Assembly (NCBI GenBank): GCA_943788915.1
Contig: CALSSD010000003.1
Coordinates: 446,663 to 510,662, forward strand
Direction of reading: 5' to 3'
DNA from: an uncultured Acidimicrobiales bacterium
GTDB taxonomy: Bacteria; Actinomycetota; Acidimicrobiia; Acidimicrobiales; UBA10347
Length of the DNA stretch: 64,000 nucleotides
Below, one piece after another: positions 30,462 to 39,666 of this stretch. The position numbers were made by a program, and so were the translations under genes. The stretch's first letter is position 1, and every line of letters starts with the position of its first letter. The notes under the pieces were generated by a model. The model was not told the DNA's origin, searched no databases, and saw only the letters and a program-made list of their open reading frames with translations.

Positions 30462-32003
30462 ATGTCAGATGCACCCGCACGAAAAGGCCGACGCGGCGGT
30501 GGCCGTTCCGGACGCCAAGCAGCTCGCGCGACCAAGGCCGAGACTGCAGCATGGCTCGAGCGGCGACTGCCGCCAGTCGATCTGATCGACGACGAGTCCT
30601 ATGCCATTATCGAGGCGAACGCCGACATCATCTTGGAAGAAGTCGGCATTGCCTTCCAGGACTTCCCATCGGCATTGGACCTATGGAAAGACGCCGGCGC
30701 CGATGTGCGAGGCGACATGGTGCACTTCCCCAAAGGTATGTGTCGCCAACTGGTGCAAGACAACGCACCCAAGATTTTCACCCAACACGCCCGCAACCCG
30801 GCCCGCAGCGTGCAGATCGGAGGCAACGCCACGGTGTTTGCTCCGAACTATGGCTCACCGTTTGCGATGGACCTGGACAACGGCCGTCGGTATGCGACCC
30901 TCGAGGATTTCCAGAACATCGTCAAACTCGTGTACGACCTGCCGCACCTGCACCACTCAGGTGGCACCGTCTGTGAGCCGGTCGACATCCCGGTGAACAA
31001 GCGCCATCTCGACATGGTCTATTCACACATTAAGTACAGCGACAAGCCATACATGGGCTCAGTTACGGCAACTGACCGGGCCGAGGATTCGATCGAACTC
31101 AGCCGCATCGCCTTCGGTGGTGATCTGCAAGATCGCACGGTCATGACGTCGTTGATCAACGCGTCGTCACCGCTGCGGTGGGATGCCACCATGCTCGGCG
31201 CTGCCACCGCCTATGCCAAGGCAAATCAGGCATCAATCATGTCGCCGTTCATCCTTGCTGGCGCCATGTCGCCGGTGACCGTCGCCGGGTTGGCTGCCCA
31301 GTCGTTAGCCGAGGCCTTGTCTGGCATGGCCTATGCCCAACTCGTGCGACCAGGTGCCCCAGTGATCTTCGGCACCTTCGCCAGTTCGATGTCGATGGCG
31401 ACCGGTGCACCAACATTTGGTACCCCCGAAGCTGGGCAAGCCATTCAGGTGATGGCCGGGCTCGCCCGCCGCGTCGGTGTGCCGTTCCGATCCGGCGGCC
31501 AGTTCACCGCGTCCAAGTATCCCGACGCACAGGCTGCCTACGAATCGGCGCACAGCCTGTTGCCAACCGTGCAGGCTGGTGTGAACTTCGTGCTCCACGC
31601 CGCTGGCTGGCAAGAAGGCGGCCTGGCGATTGGCTATGAGAAGCTCATCCTCGACGCCGACCAACTCGGAGCGATGACCGTGCACGGACGTGGTATCGAC
31701 ATGTCTGAAAACGGCCAAGCCATGGAGGCCTTCCGTACCAACGAACACGGCCAACACTTTCTGGGCAACGCTCATACGCTCGCCAACTTCGAGTCCGCAT
31801 TCTGGCGGTCGGAGATGGCCAACAACGACAGCTTCGAGCAGTGGGAAGAAGAAGGAAGCCTGACCTCGGCCCAACGGGCCAACGCCCGTTGGAAACAAAT
31901 GTTGCTCGAGTACGAAGCTCCAGCGCTCGACGCGGCAATCGACGAGGAACTCGTTGCCTTTATCAACCAACGAAAAAGCGAAATGCCCGACGCAAGTTAC
32001 TGA
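30462..32003 (+). CDS. Trimethylamine methyltransferase (MttB) superfamily, non-pyrrolysine; possible glycine betaine methyltransferase
   Basis: SPLRWD, AGAMSPVT, GAPTFGTPE, SKYPDAQAAYES, HAAGW.EGGL; no in-frame UAG. Confidence 0.9.
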   Translation: MSDAPARKGRRGGGRSGRQAARATKAETAAWLERRLPPVDLIDDESYAIIEANADIILEEVGIAFQDFPSALDLWKDAGADVRGDMVHFPKGMCRQLVQDNAPKIFTQHARNPARSVQIGGNATVFAPNYGSPFAMDLDNGRRYATLEDFQNIVKLVYDLPHLHHSGGTVCEPVDIPVNKRHLDMVYSHIKYSDKPYMGSVTATDRAEDSIELSRIAFGGDLQDRTVMTSLINASSPLRWDATMLGAATAYAKANQASIMSPFILAGAMSPVTVAGLAAQSLAEALSGMAYAQLVRPGAPVIFGTFASSMSMATGAPTFGTPEAGQAIQVMAGLARRVGVPFRSGGQFTASKYPDAQAAYESAHSLLPTVQAGVNFVLHAAGWQEGGLAIGYEKLILDADQLGAMTVHGRGIDMSENGQAMEAFRTNEHGQHFLGNAHTLANFESAFWRSEMANNDSFEQWEEEGSLTSAQRANARWKQMLLEYEAPALDAAIDEELVAFINQRKSEMPDASY

Positions 32004-32293
32004 GCCGACGACCGGGAACAACATCACGTTCCGACGAGCCGAATGCGAGTGGATCAGCACGCTCCATGTCGGCTGGTCGTGGGCCATGTACTGCGACGAC
32101 AAGTTCATGGAACGTCTGATTGCGTCGGCGTCGCTCGATCAGCGAGCGGTGCTGGGATTCCCCCAGCCTGGATCGAGTTATTGGTGCGACGAAACGATCG
32201 AAGCGGTGCAAGCCCGCTACGGAGCGTTCGGCTTCGACCCGTATCGGTAACGCTCTAGCACTCACTGCGGCCTCCTGAACTAGCGTCGTGGTT

Positions 32294-33220
32294 ATGGCAG
32301 CAGCGAACGATCTTGGTGTGCGACTCGGATTTGCCGGAGGCACCACGCTCACGTCGATCGAGGAAGTACGGGCTGACGCATCGTGGGCCTCCCAGGTCGG
32401 ATTCGACAGTTATTGGGTGTCGTACGTTGTTGGGGTCGACCCGTTGGTAGCGCTGCCCGTTGTTGCAGGTGACGCACCCAACATCGAACTGGGAACCTCT
32501 GTCGTCCCGACCGTTGGCCGTCATCCGGTTTCCATGGCTCAACTCGCTCGGTCCGCGCAACAAGCCTGCGACGGCCGTTTCACGCTTGGTATTGGACCGT
32601 CACATCAGGTGGTGGTCGAGGGTCTGTACGGCGAACGGTGGGATCATCCACTTGAGCGGACACGCGAGTACCTCGACGTGCTGGTCCCCTTGTGCGCAGG
32701 TGAACCATCGGCAGCTACAGGCAACCAAATCACCGGACATGTGACGCTCGACATCCCGTGTGAGCCGGTGCCAGTCATACTCGCCGCGCTTGGCCCCAAC
32801 ATGCTCGAACTCGCCGGCAGCATGACGGCAGGAACCCATGTTGGCCAGTGCGGACCTCGCACTATTGCCGAACACACTGCGCCAGCGATCAATGCCGCCG
32901 CCGAAGCCGCCAACCGGCCAGCACCCAGGATCATTGCGCTCGTCAACCTATGTGTTGGCGATGATCCCGACGGTATTCGGGCAGCAGCTTCGACTGGCGC
33001 TGGTGCCTACGCAGCGCTTCCGTCCTACCGGGCCATGCTCGACCGCGAAGGCATCGATGACCCGACCGATCTGATTCTGGCCGGCTCGATGAGTGAGATC
33101 GCCGATGGGCTTGCCAGTTATGTGGCAGCCGGAGCGACAGATCTTCGGCTGGGGATATATGCGCCAGATCAGGAACACGCTCGTGCAACGCGCGATGCGT
33201 TGGCAGAATGGGTGGCGTGA
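32294..33220 (+). CDS. LLM class F420-dependent oxidoreductase
   Basis: GFDSYW, ELGTSVVPT..RHP, GRFTLGIGPSH, AALGPNML. Confidence 0.85.
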   Translation: MAAANDLGVRLGFAGGTTLTSIEEVRADASWASQVGFDSYWVSYVVGVDPLVALPVVAGDAPNIELGTSVVPTVGRHPVSMAQLARSAQQACDGRFTLGIGPSHQVVVEGLYGERWDHPLERTREYLDVLVPLCAGEPSAATGNQITGHVTLDIPCEPVPVILAALGPNMLELAGSMTAGTHVGQCGPRTIAEHTAPAINAAAEAANRPAPRIIALVNLCVGDDPDGIRAAASTGAGAYAALPSYRAMLDREGIDDPTDLILAGSMSEIADGLASYVAAGATDLRLGIYAPDQEHARATRDALAEWVA

Positions 33221-33657
33221 TGGACAACTTTATGCAAGCAGCGATCGACGAGGCCAAAGCCGGGCGGGCCGAGGGTGGCATCCCTATTGGCGCGGTGCTG
33301 GTACACGACGGCACGATTCTTGGCCAGGGGCACAACCGTCGGGTGCAGATGGGATCAGCGATCCGGCACGGCGAGACCGACGCACTTGAACGAGCTGGCC
33401 GCCAACCGGCGAGCGTGTATCAACAGTCAGTTATGTACACCACGTTGTCGCCATGTTCGATGTGCACCGGGGCGATCTTGCTCTACGGCATCCCCAAAGT
33501 TGTGATCGGCGAGAACGCCACCTTCTTGGGCGAAGAAGAACTGCTCGCATCCCGAGGTGTCGAGGTCGTGGTGCTGAACGACGAGACGTGTATCCAGATG
33601 ATGCGCGACTTCATCAACGACGAGCCCACCTTGTGGAACGAAGACATTGGCGTCTGA
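33220..33657 (+). CDS. Nucleoside/cytosine deaminase (zinc, fungal-type)
   Basis: GGIPIGA, HGE, TLSPCSMC, WNEDIG. Confidence 0.9.
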   Translation: MDNFMQAAIDEAKAGRAEGGIPIGAVLVHDGTILGQGHNRRVQMGSAIRHGETDALERAGRQPASVYQQSVMYTTLSPCSMCTGAILLYGIPKVVIGENATFLGEEELLASRGVEVVVLNDETCIQMMRDFINDEPTLWNEDIGV

Positions 33658-33663
33658 CAGGAC

Positions 33664-34164
33664 CTAGACCAGTTCGCGGGGTCGGACGAGTTGGACCAGC
33701 TCGCATGATCCTTGGACGAGTTCGTTCCAGGATGTGTCGAACCGGAAATGGGCGACGGCGGCGGTGGTCATACGTTTGCCCGAGTCAGACAATGGCACCG
33801 GTGACGCCGACAGGTGATCGACGAGATCATCAAGCCCAGGGTTGTGGCCGCAGATCATCGTCCGGCCAGGCTGTTGTGATGCCACGAGTTGGAGCCAGGT
33901 GAATGCGTCGGCAAGGTACGCCCGTTGCTCGAACTCGACCTGATGATTGTCGGTGCTGCAACAAGACACAACGGCTAAGGCCGTGGCCCGGGCCCGTGCC
34001 GCTGGTGAACTGATCACGTGGTCGGGGCACAACTGCTGATCGAGAAGCCAATCTGCCATGCGGTCCGCAGCTCGGATACCGCGGTCGTTGAGCGGCCGAT
34101 CGAAATCGGCGTGACCAGCCGTCCAATCGGACTTGGCATGGCGCATCACCAACAACTCGTTCAT
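33664..34164 (-). CDS. Histidine phosphatase (SixA-like)
   Basis: MRHAKSDW, DRPL..RG, SSPA.RA, GHNPG. Confidence 0.9.
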   Translation of the reverse strand: MNELLVMRHAKSDWTAGHADFDRPLNDRGIRAADRMADWLLDQQLCPDHVISSPAARARATALAVVSCCSTDNHQVEFEQRAYLADAFTWLQLVASQQPGRTMICGHNPGLDDLVDHLSASPVPLSDSGKRMTTAAVAHFRFDTSWNELVQGSCELVQLVRPRELV

Positions 34165-35030
34165 GGTTGGATGATGCCTGCGAAGGCTCGCAGCCGCCGG
34201 TGCCACGTCTCGGTCGCGTTCTTGATGCCGAGGGGCGCTTCGTCGAGATGGCTGAGCCAGTAACGCAGCGCATCACTTCGGGCTTGGAGCCCGATGTCGA
34301 CCAGCAGCTCAGAAACCGAGAGTTCAGCCGAGGCTCTATAGGCGCCAAGAAACCAGCGCCGGAACTGGCGGTACTCGTCGCTCGGCTGATTCAACGACGG
34401 GCTGGTCTCAAAAAGCGCCATGAACAGCGTGTTACCGAGCTCAAACTCAACCGGCCCGTAGCCACAGTCGTCGAAGTCCAGAATCCACAACCGGCCCTCG
34501 CCATCGAGCAACAGGTTCGTCGGTCCAAAATCGCCATGAAGCAACTGATGATTGTCGTGCAGTCCCTCGACTGGGGTCCCGGTGCGCAACGCACGAACCA
34601 CGGGCAACTCGGCCTGCACCAACCGCAGCGACTGATGGAGTCGGGCCAGAGCGCGGCCCATTCGTTCGACATCCGGGCGGTTGGTGACATCAAGGAAACG
34701 GCCATCAATCCGGGGGGACGCAATCGCAAAACAATGCTCGACCCGGTTCATCAAAGCTCCGGCAAGCGGGACGAGTGGAACCACTCGATCGTCGTAGCGG
34801 GCGACCTGATCCCGTAGCCGTAGCCGTGCGATGACATGATCACGGTCGTCCACTGCCCCATCGACGATCTTGATCACCAGGTCATGGGGTGATCTGCCTT
34901 CGTGTGAGGTCGCGAGCCAGACCCGAGACTGGTGACCACCGCGAAGTTCGCGGTCAAGCGTGATGCCCAGTCGAGCGAACTCGCTATGGCGCGGCATCTC
35001 AAAAGGCGGCCGCTGCGCGTTCTCGTCCAA
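34161..35030 (-). CDS. Phosphotransferase (APH / homoserine kinase type II-like)
   Basis: LARLH, LHGDFGPTN, LDFDD motifs; start uncertain. Confidence 0.8.
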   Translation of the reverse strand: MDENAQRPPFEMPRHSEFARLGITLDRELRGGHQSRVWLATSHEGRSPHDLVIKIVDGAVDDRDHVIARLRLRDQVARYDDRVVPLVPLAGALMNRVEHCFAIASPRIDGRFLDVTNRPDVERMGRALARLHQSLRLVQAELPVVRALRTGTPVEGLHDNHQLLHGDFGPTNLLLDGEGRLWILDFDDCGYGPVEFELGNTLFMALFETSPSLNQPSDEYRQFRRWFLGAYRASAELSVSELLVDIGLQARSDALRYWLSHLDEAPLGIKNATETWHRRLRAFAGIIQP

Positions 35031-35079
35031 GGAATCGATACCGCATCATTGCATGTCGCGACGGCCTTCGAAGCGACGG

Positions 35080-36230
35080 CTAGTGCCACATGTCTTCGAA
35101 GTTGAAACGGAAGAATCGATCCTGTGTCGCCTGCGGCAAGTGCGCCACCTCGGTGTCGAAGCGGCGTAGTGGATTCCGGCCACCTTCCACATGGGGGAAG
35201 TCGGACGAGAACATACAAATCTCGGGCCCGGCCTGCTCGATGATCCACCCGGTGGGTTCGGTCGGATAGGGCGTGACCCGGACTTGGCGACGGACATAGT
35301 CCGATGGTTGCAACGACAATTTCTGCAGTCGATCCTCGTGGCGCTCGAAGGCGGTGAACGCTGCGTCGAGTTGGCGCATAAACCCGGGTACCCAGACCGC
35401 ACCCAATTCAATGATGCCGATCTTCAGATTCGGGAACCGCTCAAGCACACCATCGAAGATCAGCATCGACAGTGCCTGCAGGGGCGCCGATGAGATCGCC
35501 ATGTAGCTGACGGACCGGAAGTTCTCGCCCCCTCCATGAAAGTCGGGCTCAGGTGGCAGGCCGTTATTGCGGTGTTGCGGCGGCATAACCAGATCAGGCG
35601 TTGCCACATGCATCGTCACCGGTATTCGCGCCTCTTGGGCCATGGCCCACACCGGGTCGAATCCCACATGGCTCGGCGCATGATCTCGAGGGCAGCGGTT
35701 CGGGATGAGTAACGCCTTGGCGCCGGCCGCGATGGCCTCGGCCGCGGCAAGGCCCGCGCCCCTTCGAACGTTTGCAGCGGGATGTAGGCAACGGCGTAGA
35801 GGCGTGGATCGATATCGCAGAACGCGATGTGCGCGCGATTTGCGGCCGACGCAACTTCGTACGTCAGGCCAGGGTCGTCGCCGTACTCGAGTTCTTCCAG
35901 CATGGTGTTGTACACCGTCGGGTACACGAGCTGGCTGGCGAACCCCATGTAGTCGAGCGCTGCCACCCGGTCCTCAGGGATGAACGCACCCGTCGCTCGC
36001 CAGTTCTTGCGCAACATGACTTCGGACTCGGCCGACGCTTGGTACTCAGCGTCGGCATGCATCTCGCGGGAACGTTCGATCTCGGTCAGGGTCGCGCTGA
36101 TATCGCCAATGTCGAAATGATCGAGTGCGTAGTCCAACACTCGTTGGCTGGCGAATCCTTCGATCCACTCTGGGGTCTCCATGACATGGGCATCGGCATC
36201 ATGGATTACACGGTCGGTTACGTAGGCCAT
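35080..36230 (-). pseudogene. Amidohydrolase_2 family protein with one frameshift near 35750 (pseudogene or assembly error)
   Basis: HDADAHVME N-half in one frame; GGGENF, IELGAVW, FSSDFPHVEGGRNP C-half in another; paralog of 44246-45406. Confidence 0.8.
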
Positions 36231-36231
36231 G

Positions 36232-37980
36232 TCATGAGCCTGCCACGTTCGGCACCTCGCAGAGAAGGTCAGGCGAGGGACGGCGGTCGATTCGTTTCGC
36301 GGTGTAGTCACCGTGGGGGCCATCGTTTGCCAGCACGTACGCGTTTGTGCGTGTCGGGTCACCCGCCACAGCGATCATGAACTTCGCCGGCTCCGTCACG
36401 ATTGGCACCAGCCGTTCGGGGTCGTCCGACTCCGCGAATACAGCGGGGACAAGACCGTCGGCGACCAGTTCGGTCAGAGGCCTACGACCCATGGTCAGGT
36501 TGCTCCACTCGCCAATCAGCTTCTCGAACCGCCATGCCGGAATACGCGCATGCTCGAACAGACCGGCCTTCACATCGTCCTTCGACCAACCAGCATTGGC
36601 AAAAACACGAGCCAGGATCGGCGACAGAACCAAAAGCGGACGGAACTGGGCGTCGCCCAACCCGTAAACATGGGTCAAGTCCCAACCGGCGGAGCGCGCC
36701 ACCCCATCGCCGAGATACGGCAAAATCTCGGTGGGCGTTGACCCGAACACACTGCCGATGATCAGGCCACTGTTGAACCGGGCCATCGTGACCACGTCAT
36801 CATGTGATTCGAAGCCAAATTCGGCGCTCACGGCGGGCCAGCCAATGTCGTCGAGTGTTTCGTGATGTTCCGCAAGCACGACTCGGGTGGAGTTGCCGAA
36901 GGTCGCCTTGTCGTGTTCGTCGGCTGTGAACCCGAAGACATTTCGCAGGTACAGCCGCAGCCAGCGCCCGACTGTTGTGTTAGCCAGGGTTCCCTCGCGC
37001 AGGGCGCCTTGTCCCGTGTTGAAGTGCAACTCGTTGACACACGGCCCATTCAGGATCATGAGCGCGTCGGCACCGGTCGTGTTTCCGGAGTGTTCAGCGC
37101 CATAGGCATCGTCGGCCAGGATCTCGGCGACCGCGAGCAACACCGGCAGGTGTTCAGGTCGACACCCTGCCATCACCGCGTTCACGGCGACCGACCAGAT
37201 GGTCATGTCTCGGCCTGAGGACTTGGCGATCCCAATGGTTCGCCACGGATCGTGGCCCGACTCGGCGATGAACCCCTGTACCCGCTCGACCGTGGGCGGA
37301 ATGAACGGCAACCCATCGGACCAACCGCGATCGTTGAAGAACTGCGTGACCTCGTCGATGTTGCCCGTTGCCACAACGTCGAGCGCAGCGGGCTCACCCC
37401 CAGAACTCTCGGCCTGTCTGGTTTGTGCTTCGGTCAAGCCAGCCACGATCTGGTCGACGGTGAAGGTCATGAAATTGTCGACCATTAGCGCAGTCGATTG
37501 TGCATCGACATGGCCGACGAGCACACCGAGTCGCATGTCGTCAAGACCGTGGCCGCGCCCGGTAGCGAGCGACTGGCGTTCGAACCCTTCACACACGATC
37601 GAGACGGTCGGAATTCCGGCTTGTTCAGCAGCGATAGATGCCCGCATCACGGCGGGCGCACAACTACCTCAACATCCGATGCCGCTCACCACGGCATCGA
37701 CCCGGTGTTCGCGCAGCGCCGATGGAAGTGCCGCGATCATCTCCCGCTCGTCACCTCCATGGGTGTTTCCGAAGATGTCGTAATCCAGGATCTCAACCGT
37801 CGGAAACCGAGCGGCCAGTTCGTCTGCAAGCAGCGGGAACAGTTCGTCGCCCCGGAACAGGTAATCCCACAGAAAAGCCACCCGTTTACCGTCGAGTGAA
37901 TCCAGCCGTGGTGCGAGGTCGACAGCGTGGACACCTCGCGGCGACTTCGGCCAGACAACGTCATAGGTCGGTTCGTTCAT
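36232..37980 (-). CDS. UGSC-family selenoprotein fused to its usual partner domain (Sec at UGA 37671-37669, about 582 aa)
   Basis: Single frame reading ...AVVSGIGC-UGA-GSCAPAVMRASIAAEQAGIPTV...; SECIS-like hairpin; C-terminal GWSDGLPFIPPT, AVNAVMAGC, ANTTVGR motifs. Confidence 0.85.
37640..37657 (-). promoter_or_regulatory. Putative bacterial SECIS element
   Basis: mRNA GCCCGC-CGUGAU-GCGGGC hairpin starting 11 nt after the UGA, with GU at loop positions 2-3. Confidence 0.7.
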
Positions 37981-38060
37981 GGCCTCTATGTTGCACGATT
38001 CGAGACCGCAGTCGCTTGCGAACCTTCGAACGCTTACGCCTCCATTTAGCATTGGATGCC

Positions 38061-38513
38061 ATGGACGAGATTGATCGCGCAATTCTGCACCACATCCAGG
38101 CCGACGGGAGACTCCCGAACAACGAACTGGCTGACCTTGTGGGACTGAGCCCCTCGCCGTGTTTACGCCGAGTTCGCAAGCTCGAGGCCGACGGCGTCAT
38201 CCAAGGGTACGTCGCAGTACTCGACCGCCAGGCGGTTCAACGCAACTATGAGCCACTGGTGTGGGTCACCTTGAACGAAGTCACACGCGACTCAATGGTC
38301 GCATTCGAAGACGCGGTACAGCCGGTGCCCGAAATCACCGAGGTCATGCGGATGATGGGCCAGCCCGACTATCTGCTCAGAATCGTGACTGCAGACGCCG
38401 ATGCCTTCGAATCGTTATACATCGACACGCTCGCCAGTCTTCCGCACGTGCACAAGCTGACCTCGCAACTCGCCATGAAGGTGATCAAGCGCACTCTTGC
38501 TCTGCCCCTTTAG
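38061..38513 (+). CDS. Lrp/AsnC family transcriptional regulator
   Basis: MDEIDRAIL..IQADGR, VGLSPSPCLRRVRKLE..GVI.GY. Confidence 0.93.
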   Translation: MDEIDRAILHHIQADGRLPNNELADLVGLSPSPCLRRVRKLEADGVIQGYVAVLDRQAVQRNYEPLVWVTLNEVTRDSMVAFEDAVQPVPEITEVMRMMGQPDYLLRIVTADADAFESLYIDTLASLPHVHKLTSQLAMKVIKRTLALPL

Positions 38514-38544
38514 GAGCGGTGCGTGCGAAGCGGGTGAGTCGTTG

Positions 38545-39588
38545 TCAGACCGCTGTCTCGTTGTTTACGTCGGCGACGAGTTCAGCAATTTGGGCAAGGC
38601 TGGCGACGCGTTCGTCGAGTGTGTCGCCACTGGGCCCAATTCGTAAGGTGGTGACGCCACAGTCGCGGTACTCGCGCAGCCGCGAACGAATCTCGTCGGG
38701 CGGGCCGATCAGGTTCGTCCGACGCCCGATCTCAGCAGGCACTCGTTTCGCTGCTGCTTCACGGTCACCCGCAAGCCACAACCGTTGCACCTCGGCCACG
38801 TCGTCGCCCCAGCCCTGTCGAGCAAACGCGTTGTTGTAGAAGTTCGACGACACCGAACCCATCGCCCCAAAGGTGAAGGCGAACCCTTCGGCGTGGCGCT
38901 GCGCGGCCTCGTCGACATCGTCGGTGAGCTCGACACCGACCGACACCGTGAGCTCGATGTCGTCGAGTGTGCGACCCGTGCTCGCTGCGCCATCGCGAAT
39001 GACATCGAAGAAGACGTCGGCCGTCTCGGTAAAGAACGAGTTACCAATCCACCCATCGGCAACCGCTCCGGTGAGATACAGATTGGCTGGGCCAAGTGAT
39101 GCCACGAATACCGGGACGTCGACCGGTGGTACTGCCGACCGCAACGCCTTCCCTTCACCTCCGGGCAACGGCAGTTGATGTACGACGCCGTCGTACTCCA
39201 GCCGCTCACCCTGGGTCACCATGCGCAGAATCTCGATCGTCTCCCGAGTACGAGTCACTGGCTTGGCGAAACGCACCCCGTGCCAGCCTTCGATGACCTG
39301 TGGTCCGCTCGCGCCCAGTCCAAGAACGAACCTGCCGTTGGACAGATGTTGCAGGGTCATGGCCGACATCGCCAACATGGCTGGTGTGCGAGTGCCGAGC
39401 TGCACGATGCCCGTACACAGCCGGATTCTGTCGGTCACCACTGCAGCAGCAGCGATCTGTGTAAGTGCGTCGTAACCCCAATACTCCGGAACCCAGATCG
39501 AGTCGACGCCAAGCCGCTCGGCCTCGATCACGTAGTCCAGGCCTGGCTGATCAACCGGCTGCGCCCATGTACCAAGTTGAAGTGTCAT
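38545..39588 (-). CDS. LLM class (F420-dependent) oxidoreductase
   Basis: AERLGVDSIWVPEYWG.D, RTPAMLAM, LGLGASGPQVIEGWHG. Confidence 0.88.
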   Translation of the reverse strand: MTLQLGTWAQPVDQPGLDYVIEAERLGVDSIWVPEYWGYDALTQIAAAAVVTDRIRLCTGIVQLGTRTPAMLAMSAMTLQHLSNGRFVLGLGASGPQVIEGWHGVRFAKPVTRTRETIEILRMVTQGERLEYDGVVHQLPLPGGEGKALRSAVPPVDVPVFVASLGPANLYLTGAVADGWIGNSFFTETADVFFDVIRDGAASTGRTLDDIELTVSVGVELTDDVDEAAQRHAEGFAFTFGAMGSVSSNFYNNAFARQGWGDDVAEVQRLWLAGDREAAAKRVPAEIGRRTNLIGPPDEIRSRLREYRDCGVTTLRIGPSGDTLDERVASLAQIAELVADVNNETAV

Positions 39589-39626
39589 GTGTCTTTCCTA
39601 CTCCATCTCCATCAACACGATCGAAT

Positions 39627-39661
39627 TGTTGACACCCTGACAACAACCTGGGGTGTCAACA
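39627..39661. promoter_or_regulatory. 11-bp inverted repeat (operator or terminator) between ABC-F and LLM genes
   Basis: TGTTGACACCC-N13-GGGTGTCAACA. Confidence 0.45.
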
Positions 39662-39666
39662 CTTCG

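Noticed and set aside
30462..32003. Pyrrolysine-containing MttB
   Set aside because: The frame has no in-frame UAG, and no pyl genes are present.
31954..32250. Small CDS after mttB
   Set aside because: It looks protein-like but has no clear start or RBS and no recognisable family; it may be a gene remnant.
37669..38082. Separate 137-aa ORF ending at GIGC, with a separate 472-aa ORF downstream
   Set aside because: They share one frame with six sense codons between them; UGA recoding explains them better. The 5' extension beyond ATG 37980 overlaps the lrp promoter.
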